The notes: generated from the sequence alone by a model not told the origin. DNA of 64,000 nt from Candidatus Marinacidobacterales bacterium (GCA_965237955.1 OZ250169.1:8032001-8096000); one strand, 5' to 3'; positions 32,923 through 48,873 are shown, counted from the first letter of the stretch. Numbers and translations: made by a program.

Positions 32923-32956
32923 AAAAAAAGTCCGGGCCGCGTGAGCGACCCGGGCT
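32923..32956 (-). terminator. groEL Rho-independent terminator
   Basis: GC-rich hairpin plus T7 on the minus strand. Confidence 0.75.
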
Positions 32957-32973
32957 CTCGGGAAGTATGTAGC

Positions 32974-34629
<1,656 letters not shown>

Positions 34630-34645
34630 TTAAAATACCTCCAAG

Positions 34646-34936
34646 CTATTCCACGATGCCGAGTACGTCGTCCTCTTTAAGGATGAGGTACTCAGTTCCG
34701 TCCAGTTTCACTTCCGAGCCCGAGTACTTGCCGATGAGCACTCTGTCGCCCACCTTCACCTCAAGCGCAACCTTCTCTCCGTCCTTCAAGGTCCGGCCCG
34801 ATCCGATAGCTATGACTTCGGCCGTCATCGGCTTTTCCTTCGCGGTGTCGGGGATGATGATAGACCCGACGTTCTTCTCGTCCCTCTCCTCGATCCGCTT
34901 TACGACAATGTTGTCCTTTATCGGTGTGATCTTCAT
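34646..34936 (-). CDS. groES: Co-chaperonin GroES
   Basis: IIIPDTAKEKP, VKVGD, KYSG.EV. Confidence 0.97.
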   Translation of the reverse strand: MKITPIKDNIVVKRIEERDEKNVGSIIIPDTAKEKPMTAEVIAIGSGRTLKDGEKVALEVKVGDRVLIGKYSGSEVKLDGTEYLILKEDDVLGIVE

Positions 34937-34997
34937 TTCTCGATTGCTCCTCCTTGTTATCTAGGACCGGCCGTCGGGGTCGAGCTCCCGATGGCGG

Positions 34998-35443
34998 TCA
35001 ACTACTGATGGGAATCTGACAGCTTTTCTCGCTCGCCTTCTTCGGCATGGTCACCGTCAGAATGCCCTTCTTGAAATCGGCCTTTACTCTGTCCGTTTCG
35101 ATGCTCGTCGGGAGCTCGAACGTACGATGGAACGGGCCGTAGGAACGTTCCATCGTACGAGCCGTTTCTCGTTGATGGCTTCGTTGACCGGGCGCTTGCC
35201 TTACAGCGTCACTCGACCGTCGTCGATGTGAAGCTCGATGTCGTCTTGATCTACTTCGGCGAGCTCGGCCTTGAGAACGAGGCTCTTTTCGGCTTCGTAG
35301 AGACCCACGGCGGGGGACCATGCCCCTGTGGTCGAGAACTCCCCCTCGGAGCGCGTGCGCGACAGCGTCTGATCGATTAGCCGGTTCATCCGTTCTTGGA
35401 GAGCAAGAAGCTCACGCACGGGGTCCCAATGGGCGAGTGGCAT
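34998..35443 (-). pseudogene. Hsp20 small heat-shock protein with an in-frame stop (35201) and a frameshift
   Basis: W.PAV..YE, ERSYG.F.R.F.LP, F..GIL.V.MPK in two frames. Confidence 0.85.
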
Positions 35444-35467
35444 GTGTAATTCATCAACCTCGACATA

Positions 35468-35494
35468 TTAGCACTCTACACACCCGAGCGCTAA
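35468..35494. promoter_or_regulatory. CIRCE element (HrcA operator)
   Basis: TTAGCACTC-N9-GAGCGCTAA upstream of hsp20-groES-groEL. Confidence 0.92.
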
Positions 35495-35881
35495 TCGTAC
35501 GAGATAGTAGTTATTTGGTACTTTCGAGTGAACGAACGATTTCGGTCACTCCCCGATGACCTCCGCCCACGCGGGCGGTGCCATTGCTGTCAAGTTTTCC
35601 ACGGCCTGACGGCCACCCCGTCCTGTGCCAAAACTCAGCCCTTTTGAAATAGACCACAAATCAGCAGCTTAGACGCCCTTGGAATCCGCGCAGAATCGAG
35701 GGTATTTCGCGCCGCAGAGCTGGCTTCCGACCCCTGGGCTGCGGGTGGCGAGCGACAGGCCACCGGGGGTGCGCACGGCTGGCTCAAATCGGCTGCGGGG
35801 CGAGCTACGGGCAGTGAACTGCGCACCCGGAAGTCTCTGATTAGACTGGACTTTACCGAGCACAAGAGCGAACGTTCGGTG

Positions 35882-36313
35882 ATGCCGCAGGATACAGGGG
35901 TTGGCCGGAACGTCGTTCTGGACGGTTTGGACTTCGCCAGCTTGCGGCGGGTCTGGGAGCAGACCTTTGGGGCAGCTCCGCCAAGCTCGCTCTCGCGTAT
36001 CTTCATGCGCCGCGTTCTCTTGCACGAACGCCAGTGCCGGACCCATGGCGGGCTTTCGGCCGCAACCCGGCGCGCTCTGGCCGCTATGGCGAACGAGACA
36101 CCAGGCAACGCCGCTCCCGCAGGGTCCGTTTCTGCCGGCACCCATATCGTCCGCGAGTGGAATGGCCGGACCTACCAGGTCGAGGTAATCGACAACGGCT
36201 ATCGGTTCGATGGCAAAACCTATCCGTCCCTCACTACCATCGCAAAGCGAATCACCGGCACCCACTGGTCTGGACCACGCTTTTTCGGTCTCACGCCCAA
36301 GCGCAAGGCCTAA
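35882..36313 (+). CDS. DUF2924 domain protein
   Basis: Near-identical to 19387-19818. Confidence 0.85.
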   Translation: MPQDTGVGRNVVLDGLDFASLRRVWEQTFGAAPPSSLSRIFMRRVLLHERQCRTHGGLSAATRRALAAMANETPGNAAPAGSVSAGTHIVREWNGRTYQVEVIDNGYRFDGKTYPSLTTIAKRITGTHWSGPRFFGLTPKRKA

Positions 36314-36314
36314 C

Positions 36315-37976
36315 ATGAAGAAGATCCGCTGTGCCATCTATACGCGAAAGAGTGCGGAAGAGGGTCTCGAACAGGAGTTCAACTCCCTCGATGCGCAGCG
36401 AGAAGCCTGCGCCGCGTATGTCGCGAGCCAGAAAGCGGAGGGCTGGGTGCTGCTGCCAACCGTCTACGAGGACGCGGGGATCTCGGGAGGAACCCTGGAG
36501 CGCCCGGGCCTCCAGCGCTTGCTCGCCGACATCGACGCAGGTCTCGTCGACCAGATTGTGGTCTACAAGGTCGACCGGCTGACCCGTTCCCTCTCCGACT
36601 TTGCAAAGCTCGTCGAGCGGCTCGAGGCGGCCGGCGCGGTTTTCGTCTCGGTGACTCAGTCCTTCAACACCGCGACCAGCATGGGACGACTGACGCTGCA
36701 TATGCTGCTGTCCTTCGCACAATTCGAACGCGAGGTCACGGCCGAGCGGATCCGCGATAAGGTCGCTGCCTCCAAGCGCAAGGGACTATGGATGGGCGGC
36801 CGCGTACCGCTCGGCTATGAGAAGGACGGGCGCACGCTGCGCATCAACGAGGCTGAGGCCGAAACGGTCCGGACGCTCTATGCGCTGTACCGAAAGCACG
36901 AAACGCTCCGGCAGGTGAAGGCCGAGGCGGACCGTCTGAGACTGCGTACCAAGCAACGCTTCACCGCGGATGGAACCCGAACGGGCGGGCTGCCGTTCCG
37001 TCGCGGACACCTCCACTGCCTGCTGACCAATCCTCTCTACGCCGGCCGCATCCGGCACCAGAGGCGTGTCTACGAGGGCCAGCATCCATCGATCATTGCT
37101 CCGGAGCTCTGGGACGCGGTCCAAACGCAGCTGCAGGCAGGGGCTGCCAAACCAAGGAGACGCACGACGAAGGGCCGTGCCGCCCGTTCCCCACTGGCAG
37201 GCAAGCTCTTCGACGAGACCGGGGACCGGCTGACGCCGAGCCACACCAAAAAGAAAAACGGGCAACGGCTCCGCTACTACGTCTCCCGGCGCCTCATCCA
37301 GCACAGTGGCCAAAAGGACCTCTCCGGCTGGCGACTGCCCGCCCCGATGCTGGAACAGACCGCCGTGCATCTCATCCGACAGCATGTGGATGCCACGACC
37401 TTCTCGGCCTCGTTGATCCACACTCCGACGATGCAAGAGCTCGCCTCGGTGCGTCGCTTTTTAGACGGGCTGTGTTCCGGTAGTAATGATGATAGTGCCT
37501 CGGCAGCCCCCCTGCTCCGTCTTATCCGGCGGGTCGACATCAGCCCCGGCTCTGTGTCCATCCTGCTCGACCGCAATGCGTTCGCTGCTTGCCTCTCTAT
37601 GGGACCCGAACGCATTCGCGAGGATGCACTCCGCATCCTCGCACCGTTCCGCTTGCGTCGACGCAGCGTCGAGACCAAGCTCGTTCTGGGCAACCCCACG
37701 AAATCCGTCGACCGCACACTCCTGCGCAATATCAGAAACGCCCGCTCCTGGCTCGACCGAATCAAAGCAGGCAAAACCTATGAGCAGATTGCCACCGAAA
37801 ACGCCATCCCAACGGACCGCGTGCGCAAGGCAATCCGTTATGCCTTCCTGGCTCCCGACATCGTCCGCGCCATTGTCGAAGGCCGCCAGCCCGTTGGGCT
37901 GACCTCGAGCTACCTCTTGCATCATCCACTTCCCGACGATTGGGAGAAACAGCGAGTGCTCGTCAAAACGCTGTGA
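36315..37976 (+). CDS. Large serine recombinase
   Basis: Near-identical to 19820-21481. Confidence 0.92.
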   Translation: MKKIRCAIYTRKSAEEGLEQEFNSLDAQREACAAYVASQKAEGWVLLPTVYEDAGISGGTLERPGLQRLLADIDAGLVDQIVVYKVDRLTRSLSDFAKLVERLEAAGAVFVSVTQSFNTATSMGRLTLHMLLSFAQFEREVTAERIRDKVAASKRKGLWMGGRVPLGYEKDGRTLRINEAEAETVRTLYALYRKHETLRQVKAEADRLRLRTKQRFTADGTRTGGLPFRRGHLHCLLTNPLYAGRIRHQRRVYEGQHPSIIAPELWDAVQTQLQAGAAKPRRRTTKGRAARSPLAGKLFDETGDRLTPSHTKKKNGQRLRYYVSRRLIQHSGQKDLSGWRLPAPMLEQTAVHLIRQHVDATTFSASLIHTPTMQELASVRRFLDGLCSGSNDDSASAAPLLRLIRRVDISPGSVSILLDRNAFAACLSMGPERIREDALRILAPFRLRRRSVETKLVLGNPTKSVDRTLLRNIRNARSWLDRIKAGKTYEQIATENAIPTDRVRKAIRYAFLAPDIVRAIVEGRQPVGLTSSYLLHHPLPDDWEKQRVLVKTL

Positions 37977-38307
37977 GCCTGCCAGCGCCCACTTCGTGAA
38001 TGGGCTCGGTTAGCAGCAAGCTGCTCTCCGACACTGGCCTCCACCAATCAGCCTCAAACTGGCCCAAATTCCCTGTCATGGTTTCCAGACTCGGATAGCT
38101 CCTTGTACTGGACCGTCTGCGGAGTCATCTTCGTTTCCTCCGTAAAACTCCGCTGGATGAATTCGAGGTTTGGCCAATTCGAATTCCGCTATTCGCCCTC
38201 TCCTCAGGCGCGATCTAAGCATTGAGCGTCTTCTCATTGTCTGCGCGATTAAGTGCAAAAAACGACACCATAAGCCCTAAAATCGCACAAAATTGCACGC
38301 TAAGGGT

Positions 38308-39392
38308 GCCTTGGTGCACAACTCGCGATCTCGGTCCACAATTGTCCTTTACTCACGGATTCGAGGTTCCCCATGAGCATTTTCAAACGCACTCAGCGGA
38401 AGTATGTGAAGAAGGCCTATCGCGTGAGGAATTGGCGTGAATATGAGGCGGGTCTACGCAACCGTGGGAGCCTGACCGTCTGGATCTCGCTCACCGCCGG
38501 CAAGCTTGTGAACTGGGACGCGCCCCGGCCGAGGAGGAGGAAACCGGGCCGTCAACGCAAGTACTCGAACCACGCCATCGAGACGGCTGTCACCCTGGGC
38601 ATGGTGTTTCATCTGTCATCTAGGCAGAGCGAGGGATTGCTGCGATCGTTGTTCGCTCTGATGAAGCTAGACAATGATGTGCCCGATCACACCACGATTT
38701 CGAGGCGCAAGGCGAAGCTGGGTAAGGTCCCCTTCTACCAAGACAAGCAGAAGACGCCGTTGCACATCTTGATCGACAGCAGCGGTCTCGCTGTCCACGC
38801 CGGCCAGCTGCGCAGAGCACCAAAGAGCAGGGACTATCGCAAGCTCCATCTGTGTGTCGACGAGCAGAGTGGCGAAGTCGTCGCCGGCGAGCTGACGAGC
38901 AAAAGAGCCCGCGATTCATCGCGGGTTGCATCGCTTGTCGGACAGATCGACAGTCCCATCTCATCTGCCAGAGCTGACACCGCATACGACGCCAGCGGCG
39001 TCTATGAGGCGATCGAGAATCACAGCGCTCATCGCTCGCCGAGGGTGCTAATACCGCCGCGCAAGGGCGCCCAGCTCGCATCGGGGCCGGCGAGCAGCCG
39101 ACAGCGCAATCGCAACATTGCAGCACAAGCTCGGCTCGGCAAACGAAAGTGGCACACAGAATCGGGCTACAGCAAACGGAGCAAAGTCGAGACAACGTTC
39201 CATCGCTACAAGGCTATCGTGGGCTCAGCGATGCGAGCGAGAGGGTTGGCGGCACAGAGAGTCGAGGCAAGGATCGGGTGCAAGATTCTCAACACCATGA
39301 CGGCGCTCGGGATGCCTGATAGCGAGATGATCGGATGATGGGAGTCGGGGCCAAGCGAGCTATCGGCCTCTATCGGAGTTGTGCACCAAGGC
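38308..39392 (+). mobile_element. IS5-family (IS903 group) element; transposase 38373-39338
   Basis: Perfect IR GCCTTGGTGCACAACTC; NW.EY..L..RGSLT.W, IDSSGL, AD.AYD, Y.KRS.VE; no TSD seen. Confidence 0.9.
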
Positions 39393-39816
39393 AGAAAAGC
39401 ACTTCACTTCCTGGCTTACCCTCGCGCCCAATAACAAAATCTCCGGCGGGCGACTCCTCAGCTCGAAAACACAACCCTCTGCAAACCGCGCCGCTGGCAT
39501 TCTCCGCATGGCCGCACTCAGCCTCGGGCGTACACAGACCGCTCTCGGCGCCTACTATCGACGTCTCGCCTATCGCGTCGGTAAATCCCAAAGCCATCAC
39601 CGCCACCGCTCGAAAGCTCGCCATTCTCGTCTACCGCACTCTCAAGGATGGGCTCGTCTATCAAGACCCCGGGGCCGCCGCCTACAACGCTCAAGATCGC
39701 TCCCGTGCCGTGCGCCGCCTGACCCAACGCGCCGCTGACCTCGGTTTCGCTCTCATCGACACTCAAACGGGCGACGTCGTTCAGGCGGTAGTTTCTTAGG
39801 AGAATGGGCTTGACTC
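39393..39816 (+). mobile_element. IS110 3' fragment (frameshifted)
   Basis: Matches the reverse complement of 49780-50200. Confidence 0.85.
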
Positions 39817-39844
39817 GCGGACAGCCCTTCGACCATGCGTACGT

Positions 39845-40918
39845 CTAATCATATTTGGGAAGTATGGCTAATTGTTCGGCAAGAGGTTTTTCCAAGAAGA
39901 GGTCAAATTCAGCGGAGAAATCCTCCGATGACATCCCGAAGGTTTTTTGGAACGCTCCTTCCCACCCAAGTTCGTTGAGACTGGGATAGAAGGTGTCTAG
40001 TAGCGCTTCCTGGCCTACCTTGTTTAGCAGATAAGCATATGCCCAGGCACCCAAATCATAGGCCGCACCCGAACAATCATTGTCGTAAGTAAGTTCATGT
40101 AGCTTAGTCCCAGGGCAGTGTTCTTCGATCGTATTCTTGCCGCTTTTCATTTTGTTTTCAAAACTCTGTTCGAAGGAGCTTAAACCACTATTGTCGATCG
40201 TGGTCAACTTCCCTGAGGCCCACAACTTTCTTACAGTAGTTTGCGCCATGTACTCAGCTCCACCCTCACTAGACCAGACAGGTCCCAGGAGTGCACGCCT
40301 TTCGTCCGGATCGTTTGATTGAAGGTGAGCATGCTGTACGGCGTGAAAGTACTCATGAAATACGGTTTTTTGCTCCCCTCCTGGAGTTCGATCCAGAAGT
40401 TTCGCAAAGCCGAGAGGATACGAAGAAACAAACAGATGAATGCCCCATTCACGCATGCCATTACGTCCCATGGACGTACTCGGCTTCTTATTGGCAATGG
40501 CATCAGCGCCTACCTTCCGATAGTACTCAAAGCGATGTTTTTCGTTAGGGTCCAGGTTCTCACTTAGGCATTGAGACTTTTCAAAATTCCCACGCTGCGA
40601 GCGACGTTCACAGAATAGTTCAGTAAGGTGCTTGGCAGCCTCTAGATCCGTTCCTAACACCCAATACTCCAGCGGTCCGTAGTTTCCCCATTCGGCAGTT
40701 GCTACAAGCAATGTATTGGTCAAACCGTTACGCACATCGTCAGACAAGTCTGCTGCAAAGAATGTCTCTGGTGGAGCCTCGATAATTTGCCCCCAAGTGT
40801 CTGCTACCGTATCTTCATTCGCCGCGCTTTCTTCTGAAAGAGGATTCTGATTTTGAACGTTGGCACCTACACAAGAAATTAATAATGTTAATCCAAAGAA
40901 TAAAAGTAGTTTCTTCAT
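39845..40918 (-). CDS. Lipoprotein with HExxH (zincin-like) motif
   Basis: LLISC lipobox, HEYFH, W..EG.AEY; low GC. Confidence 0.7.
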   Translation of the reverse strand: MKKLLLFFGLTLLISCVGANVQNQNPLSEESAANEDTVADTWGQIIEAPPETFFAADLSDDVRNGLTNTLLVATAEWGNYGPLEYWVLGTDLEAAKHLTELFCERRSQRGNFEKSQCLSENLDPNEKHRFEYYRKVGADAIANKKPSTSMGRNGMREWGIHLFVSSYPLGFAKLLDRTPGGEQKTVFHEYFHAVQHAHLQSNDPDERRALLGPVWSSEGGAEYMAQTTVRKLWASGKLTTIDNSGLSSFEQSFENKMKSGKNTIEEHCPGTKLHELTYDNDCSGAAYDLGAWAYAYLLNKVGQEALLDTFYPSLNELGWEGAFQKTFGMSSEDFSAEFDLFLEKPLAEQLAILPKYD

Positions 40919-41049
40919 TGTCGAAAAGCCTCCTATGCACAGCGCATCTTACACTCCCTCGGAAAGTGCGCCAATCTTAGTTGGGAATTGAAACGGCTCC
41001 AAACTCCGTGGTTTGATGGCGTTGGACAAAACAAAATCAAGCCACGAAG

Positions 41050-41613
41050 TGAACCGCCCCGGGTTTCCCGGAGACTCCAACTCTTGAGAGGATGGAGTCA
41101 TGACAAGACGAAGCAGGTATTCACCGGAGATGAAAGAGCGCGCAGTGCGGATGGTTTTCGACCAGCAGACTCAGCACGAATCTCAGTGGTCAGCGATCTC
41201 ATCGATTGCGTCGAAGATTGACTGTACGCGGGAAACGCTACGCACGTGGGTGCGGCGAGCAGAGCGTGATGCTGGGAAACGAGCGGGACTGACGACGGAC
41301 GAGCGTCAGCGGCTGAAGGAGCTTGAGCGAGAGAACCGTGAGCTAAAGCGGGCGAACGAGATCCTTCGCAAGGCGTCGGCGTTTTTCGCCCAGGCGGAGC
41401 TCGACCGCCGACCGAGGTGAATGTGTTGTTCGTGGACGCGAACCGTGAAAATTACGGGGACGCGCCGATCTGCCGGATGCTTCCGATCGCCCCGTCGACC
41501 TATTACGAGCAGAAAGCGAGAGAGAAGGACCCAAGCCGCCAGCCAGCGAGAGCGAAGCGCGACGTCCAACTCTGCGGCGAGATTCGTCGTGTACGGCAAG
41601 AGAACTTTGACGT
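41050..41613 (+). mobile_element. IS3-family (IS51-like) left part: orfA 41100-41420, truncated orfB
   Basis: TGAACCGCCCCGGG IR; RYSPE.KERAV, KASAFFAQAELDR. Confidence 0.88.
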
Positions 41614-44600
41614 CGTCGTGTCCAAAAATACAAACGAACTCAAGACCGGCTAGCAACGCGCCCTCGTCGCAACGCTTTAAGGTAGGCCACGCCTGTAAAG
41701 CCAACCCGCGGCTACTGCCACGCTCGCTTTTGGCCTCCATCATTCGGCGAACGGCATTGCCCCTTATTAATGTGGTAGCGGGATGGCTGGCTGTTCATCG
41801 GCTCATTGTGTCAGTCGCCGTCTCAACTTGATAGCACCTGACAATACCCTAGCACGCTACCGAACCGTCTCACGCTAGAATGGCTTCGTTATGTCGAAGC
41901 TGTACTTTCGGACTCTATGGGCCGGCGTCGCGTCGCCCTTTGCGGCAGCGGGTCTTGGCCTGTTCGTCTATCGGAGCCTGACGCGCGCGAGCGCCGACAG
42001 GGACGCCGACTTCGTCTTCCGTCTCTCCATAGTCGCGATCGCGATGGCCTTGCCGGGCATCATCACTCTCGTCCTCGCGCTCGCCGACCACCGCAAAGGA
42101 GCCTTCTCAACCGTGAGCAAGGTGGGCCTGATGCTCGGCATTTTGTCGCTCGGTCTCGTGTTCCTTCCGATTCGAGGCGTCGTCGAGCGCGCTACGCAGG
42201 CGCGGAATCTGGCGCTCAGTGACGTCGAGGCGCCGCTTTTCTCGACGGCGGACATCCACGGCAACACTCATCGTCTCGACGAGCATGGAGGAAAGGTCGT
42301 GCTCGTAAACGTTTGGGCGACCTGGTGTGCGTATTCCAGCCATCGTGAACGCCGAATCCAGAGCAAGCTGAACAGCGAATCCGGTGAAGCCGAACGCTCA
42401 TCGAAGCGATGAAGTGTTGGGTGACCTCCTTTCCACTGATTGAAAACGTGAACCTATCTTACCTGCGTGTTGTGTAGCAAGGGGCGGCAGGTCGCTGCCT
42501 ACGGGAGCGGGCGTAAGGAAAGACGCGAAGCGACCTTCCCGCTCCCGTAGGCAGCGACCTGCCGCGGCCGAACCCCGGGCGATGTGGGGCTGGTTTCGGG
42601 GGGTTGCTGGGGTATGGCCTGGCTCGAGAAGACGTTTCCTGAGGCATTCTCGCGCGTCGTTTTGGCGCCGCATCGTCTGGTACCCCGGGTTTGGCGGTTT
42701 CACCCGTTTTTATCGCATCGACGCTGTGGTCCCTCGCTCGCTCATGCATCGGCGTTGTCAAATGCCTTTGGCGCAGCCTTGGTCTTTCTCAGAGAAGCTC
42801 CTTTGAGAGTGATGCGGTGCGCGCTGTGGAGAATGCGATCGCAGATAGCGTCTGCCTGGTTTGGGTCGCCAATCGCTTCGTGCCACTGCTTGAGCGGAAT
42901 CTGGGTCGCGATGAGTGTGGAGCCACGCTCGGCGCGGTCTTCGATGACCTCCATTAGATCCCGTCTCTCCGATTCTTTCAGTGGGTGAAGCAGCCAATCA
43001 TCGATAGCCAGTAAGTCCAGCTTGGCGAGTTTCGTCAAAAGCCGGGCGTAGGAACCATCACCACGAGCGACCGCGAGCTCGTGGAGCAAGCGCGGTGCTC
43101 GCACGTAGCATCCGGTGAAGCCGCGACGACAGGCCCGCTCCACGAAGGCGCAAGCCAAGAACGATTTGCCAATCCCCGTCGGGCCGGTGATGAGCAGGTT
43201 ATGGCGCTCACCGACAAAGCGGCAGTTGCCCAGGCTCAAGATCTGTTCGCGGTTTAAGCCTCGAGGCGCTTGGAAGTTCACGTTCTCCAAACATGCCGGA
43301 TAGCGGAGCTTTGCCGCTCGCAGTCGTCGAGAAAGCTTACGCTGTTCGCGGGCGGTCCACTCGGCATCGACCAGGAGTCCCACACGTTCCTCGAAGCTCA
43401 GCTCCTTGTATTCGCTCGAGCTCAACTGGGTTTCGAACGCGGACACCAAGCCGAACAACTTCATGGCGTTCATCTTTTCTATCGTTTCGGGTGTCAGCAT
43501 CGGGACTCTCCTCCTTCGTAGTGATCCGCGCCTCGGATGTTCTCGTGCTCCTCTCGCGGTTTCGCTTCGGCGTCCGATTCGAGCACCACACGATCCAGAC
43601 CAGCCGAGAGAATGTTTTTCACCGTGCGATAGCTGTAAGAGCTCAAAGCTTCCGCTCGTGCGCAAGCGGCCTCGAGACGCTCACTGCCCCAGCGGCTGCC
43701 TAGTCGCATGACTCCCAGGCAAGAGCGAAATCCCTGCTCCGGGTGAGGCCGACTCTCTAGAATCCCCGCAACCAGCCTTCCCGTGGCGCGACCTGACTGC
43801 TCCGCCCAGTGGAGCAGCCGCGACGGCGTCCACTCCAGGTGCTCCCGATGCGAACGTGGCATATGCTCCGGGTTCGTGGAGTAGTGCCCCTTTCCTTTCT
43901 TGCGGGGATGCGACGCGACGCGCTTTCCCTTGAACAGGACCTCCACCACCGAGGCCGTCACCCGTGCCTCGACTTTCTCGTGAATGAGCTGATAGGGAAC
44001 GCTGTACAAGTTGTTCTCCACCTCCACGTGGTAGTCGATGTTCACTCTGCACCGCTTCCACGTCGATAACTCGTAGCTCTCCTGCGGTAGCGGTTTCAGT
44101 ACGGGCCGGTCTAGCCTTTCGTACAACTCCCGCCGACTCACACCGAGCTTCTGCATCGGACGCGCATTCAGGACCTCTAACTTCTCCCAGATGGCTTCGT
44201 TCAGTTCCGCCAGGCTGAAGAACGTGCGATGACGAAGCACCGCCAGGATCCAGCGCTGCGCCACCTGCACTGCCGACTCCACCTTCGCTTTGTCTTTCGG
44301 CTTGAACACCCGAGCCGGGACCACAACCGCACCGTAATGCGTCGCCAGCTCTTCGTACGTCCGGTTGATCCCTGGCTCGTAACGGTCCACCAAATCCACG
44401 CCGCTCTTCAAGTTGTCCGGAACCCAGATCTCCGTACTGCCACCGAAGTAATCCGACATCCCCTTATGGGCCTTCGCCCACGATTCCAGCGACTGGTTCA
44501 GTGTCGCTTCGACGTAGGTGTAACTGCTCGCGCCCAACGTCCCGACGAACAGCTCCATTTCGACGAGCTCTCCCGTTTTCGGATCGACGATGTGAGGCTT

Positions 44601-45478
44601 CTTCCCCGAAAAATCGACGAATGTCTTCTCGCCTGCTCGATGCCGTTGACGCATCGTCGGGTTCAGCTTCTTCTTCCACTGACCGTACAGCTCGCAATAA
44701 CGGCTGTAGCCGTACGCTCCCGGCTTATTCTCCGCGTACTCCACCCACAGCTGCAGCAACGTCAGCTCTCGGTGACGCCTCAGCTCCTCGTGGATGTGGG
44801 CATAGTCCAGACCCGGCCGTGCGCCAGACGAGCCCGGCGGCGGAAACAGCCCTGCCTCCAGCTCCCCGTCGCTCAGCTCCTCCGGGAGCGGCCAGCTCAG
44901 ACCACCCTTCTTCGCCTTGGCCAGGTACTCACTCACCGTTCCAACCGCCACGCGAAGTGCCTTTGCGATCATGCGGTGAGTAAAACCCAGCTCGTACTTT
45001 AACCTTAGAACCTCTCGTATTTTTCTCATCGATAACCTCTTAGCTGCCATTTCCTAGATCGTCCTCCTTCCGGGTACGACCTAGAGTTGCCTTGAAACGT
45101 GCTATCGATGAGCGTTCGCGATGCCGGAACCGGCGTTCACGTTGCCTGGAATCCGTGTTCACCTTCCCCGGAATCGATGTTCACGATCCCCGGAATCCGT
45201 GTTCACGATGCTTTGGAATGGATGTTCACCTTCGGCTGGAATCTGCGTTCACGATGCCCCGGAATACGCACCTGGTGTCCGCCGTGCCGCAAGGAAATGC
45301 CGGGTCTCGACAAGCTCTATCAGGAACGCAAGAAACAGGGATTCATGGTCTTCGGCCTCTCCACAGAGGACCTCGAAACGCAGCTCGACTTCGAAGAAAA
45401 CGTCCTGTCGGTGAGCTACCCCCTTCTGACGATCGAGGGGGACGTCCCCGAGATTTATCAGACGACGGCGCGATACCC
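41614..45478 (+). repeat. Inverted duplicate of 14478 to about 13565 (CGTCG end + TlpA), split by IS21
   Basis: Near-identical sequence; TlpA 41891-42327 and 45271-45478, truncated at 45479. Confidence 0.9.
42328..45270 (-). mobile_element. IS21 copy 3 (complete; istA 45050-43494, istB 43500-42742)
   Basis: 7-bp TSD CCTGGTG inside the TlpA WCPPC codons. Confidence 0.95.
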
Positions 45479-45785
45479 CGTCCTGTGCCAAAACTCGGCC
45501 CTTTCGAAATAGACCATAAATCAGCAGCTTAGCGACTGGGCCAAGGGCCCCTAGGCTTTACAGTTACCCCACCCGCAGTCGACCTTCGAGAGCCGCGCCG
45601 TTTCACCGTACGGCAGAGGACGGCGAGCTGCTGCCGAAGAGCGACATTGTCAAGAGCCAGTTCGCGACGAGCCTTGAAGGCGGAGATGAGAGCGCGAACA
45701 AACGACGAAATCAAGCAGGTATGGTGCCGGCAGACCGGAGACTAATCAAGTTCGGGGCGCCCGGATGAATAAATAGAAGCACAGG
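45479..45785 (-). mobile_element. Hybrid mini-element: CGTCC end + left end and 5' fragment of a fourth integrase-core subfamily
   Basis: ISSFVRALISAFKARRELAL.N.ALRQQLAVL; CCTGTGC(C)TTCTATTTATTC end also at 49767, 62910 and 63069. Confidence 0.7.
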
Positions 45786-45854
45786 TCTGGCGAGGGCGTG
45801 GGCCTAGTTGTCCCCGTCGCCGTGCGCCATCTTGATTGCGAAGGTTGGATTACC

Positions 45855-46205
45855 TCAAGCTTTGCGCAGCCGCTTCACCGCAAGCACCACCAGAACCAGC
45901 GCCAGGATCAAAAGACCGAACATGAGCCCGGGGCTCATCCCGGTCTCCGCTGCCGCCGCCTCATCCGTTTCAGCGGTGGACTCTGCCATTTCTTCTACCG
46001 ATTCGGCAGCCGAGTCCGCCATCTCCCCTGCTGCCTCGACCGGCGAATCCGCCATCTCGCCAGCAGCCTCAGCGGCTTCCCCAGCGGCGTCGGTTACCGC
46101 TTCCGATTCCTGCACGGCCTCCGATTCCTGCGCGGCGATGGCGTGGGTGAAACCCACTATCAACATAAGAGTTGCGATCGCAGCGAAACCAAAGATTCTC
46201 TTCAT
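45855..46205 (-). CDS. Small acidic repeat surface protein with C-terminal TM anchor
   Basis: Signal peptide, EAAGEMADS repeats, TM helix + KRLRKA. Confidence 0.75.
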   Translation of the reverse strand: MKRIFGFAAIATLMLIVGFTHAIAAQESEAVQESEAVTDAAGEAAEAAGEMADSPVEAAGEMADSAAESVEEMAESTAETDEAAAAETGMSPGLMFGLLILALVLVVLAVKRLRKA

Positions 46206-46263
46206 CGCTCCCCCCTAATAGAACCCAACAATGCCATATATACAAAATGTGAGAACGATGCAA

Positions 46264-48768
<2,505 letters not shown>

Positions 48769-48873
48769 GATTGCCAATCAGACCAAGAGGAGGGCCTTGA
48801 TGCCCGAGGCTTGGCGCTGGTACACCCAGCGGCACCTTCGTCGGAGAATTTCTCAACTTCTACACAAATCTTA

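Larger units (their letters stand above)
35619..38303 (+). mobile_element. DUF2924 + large serine recombinase unit, copy 2
   Basis: Same CGTCC end; homology with copy 1 extends about 325 bp past the stop, up to IS5. Confidence 0.8.
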
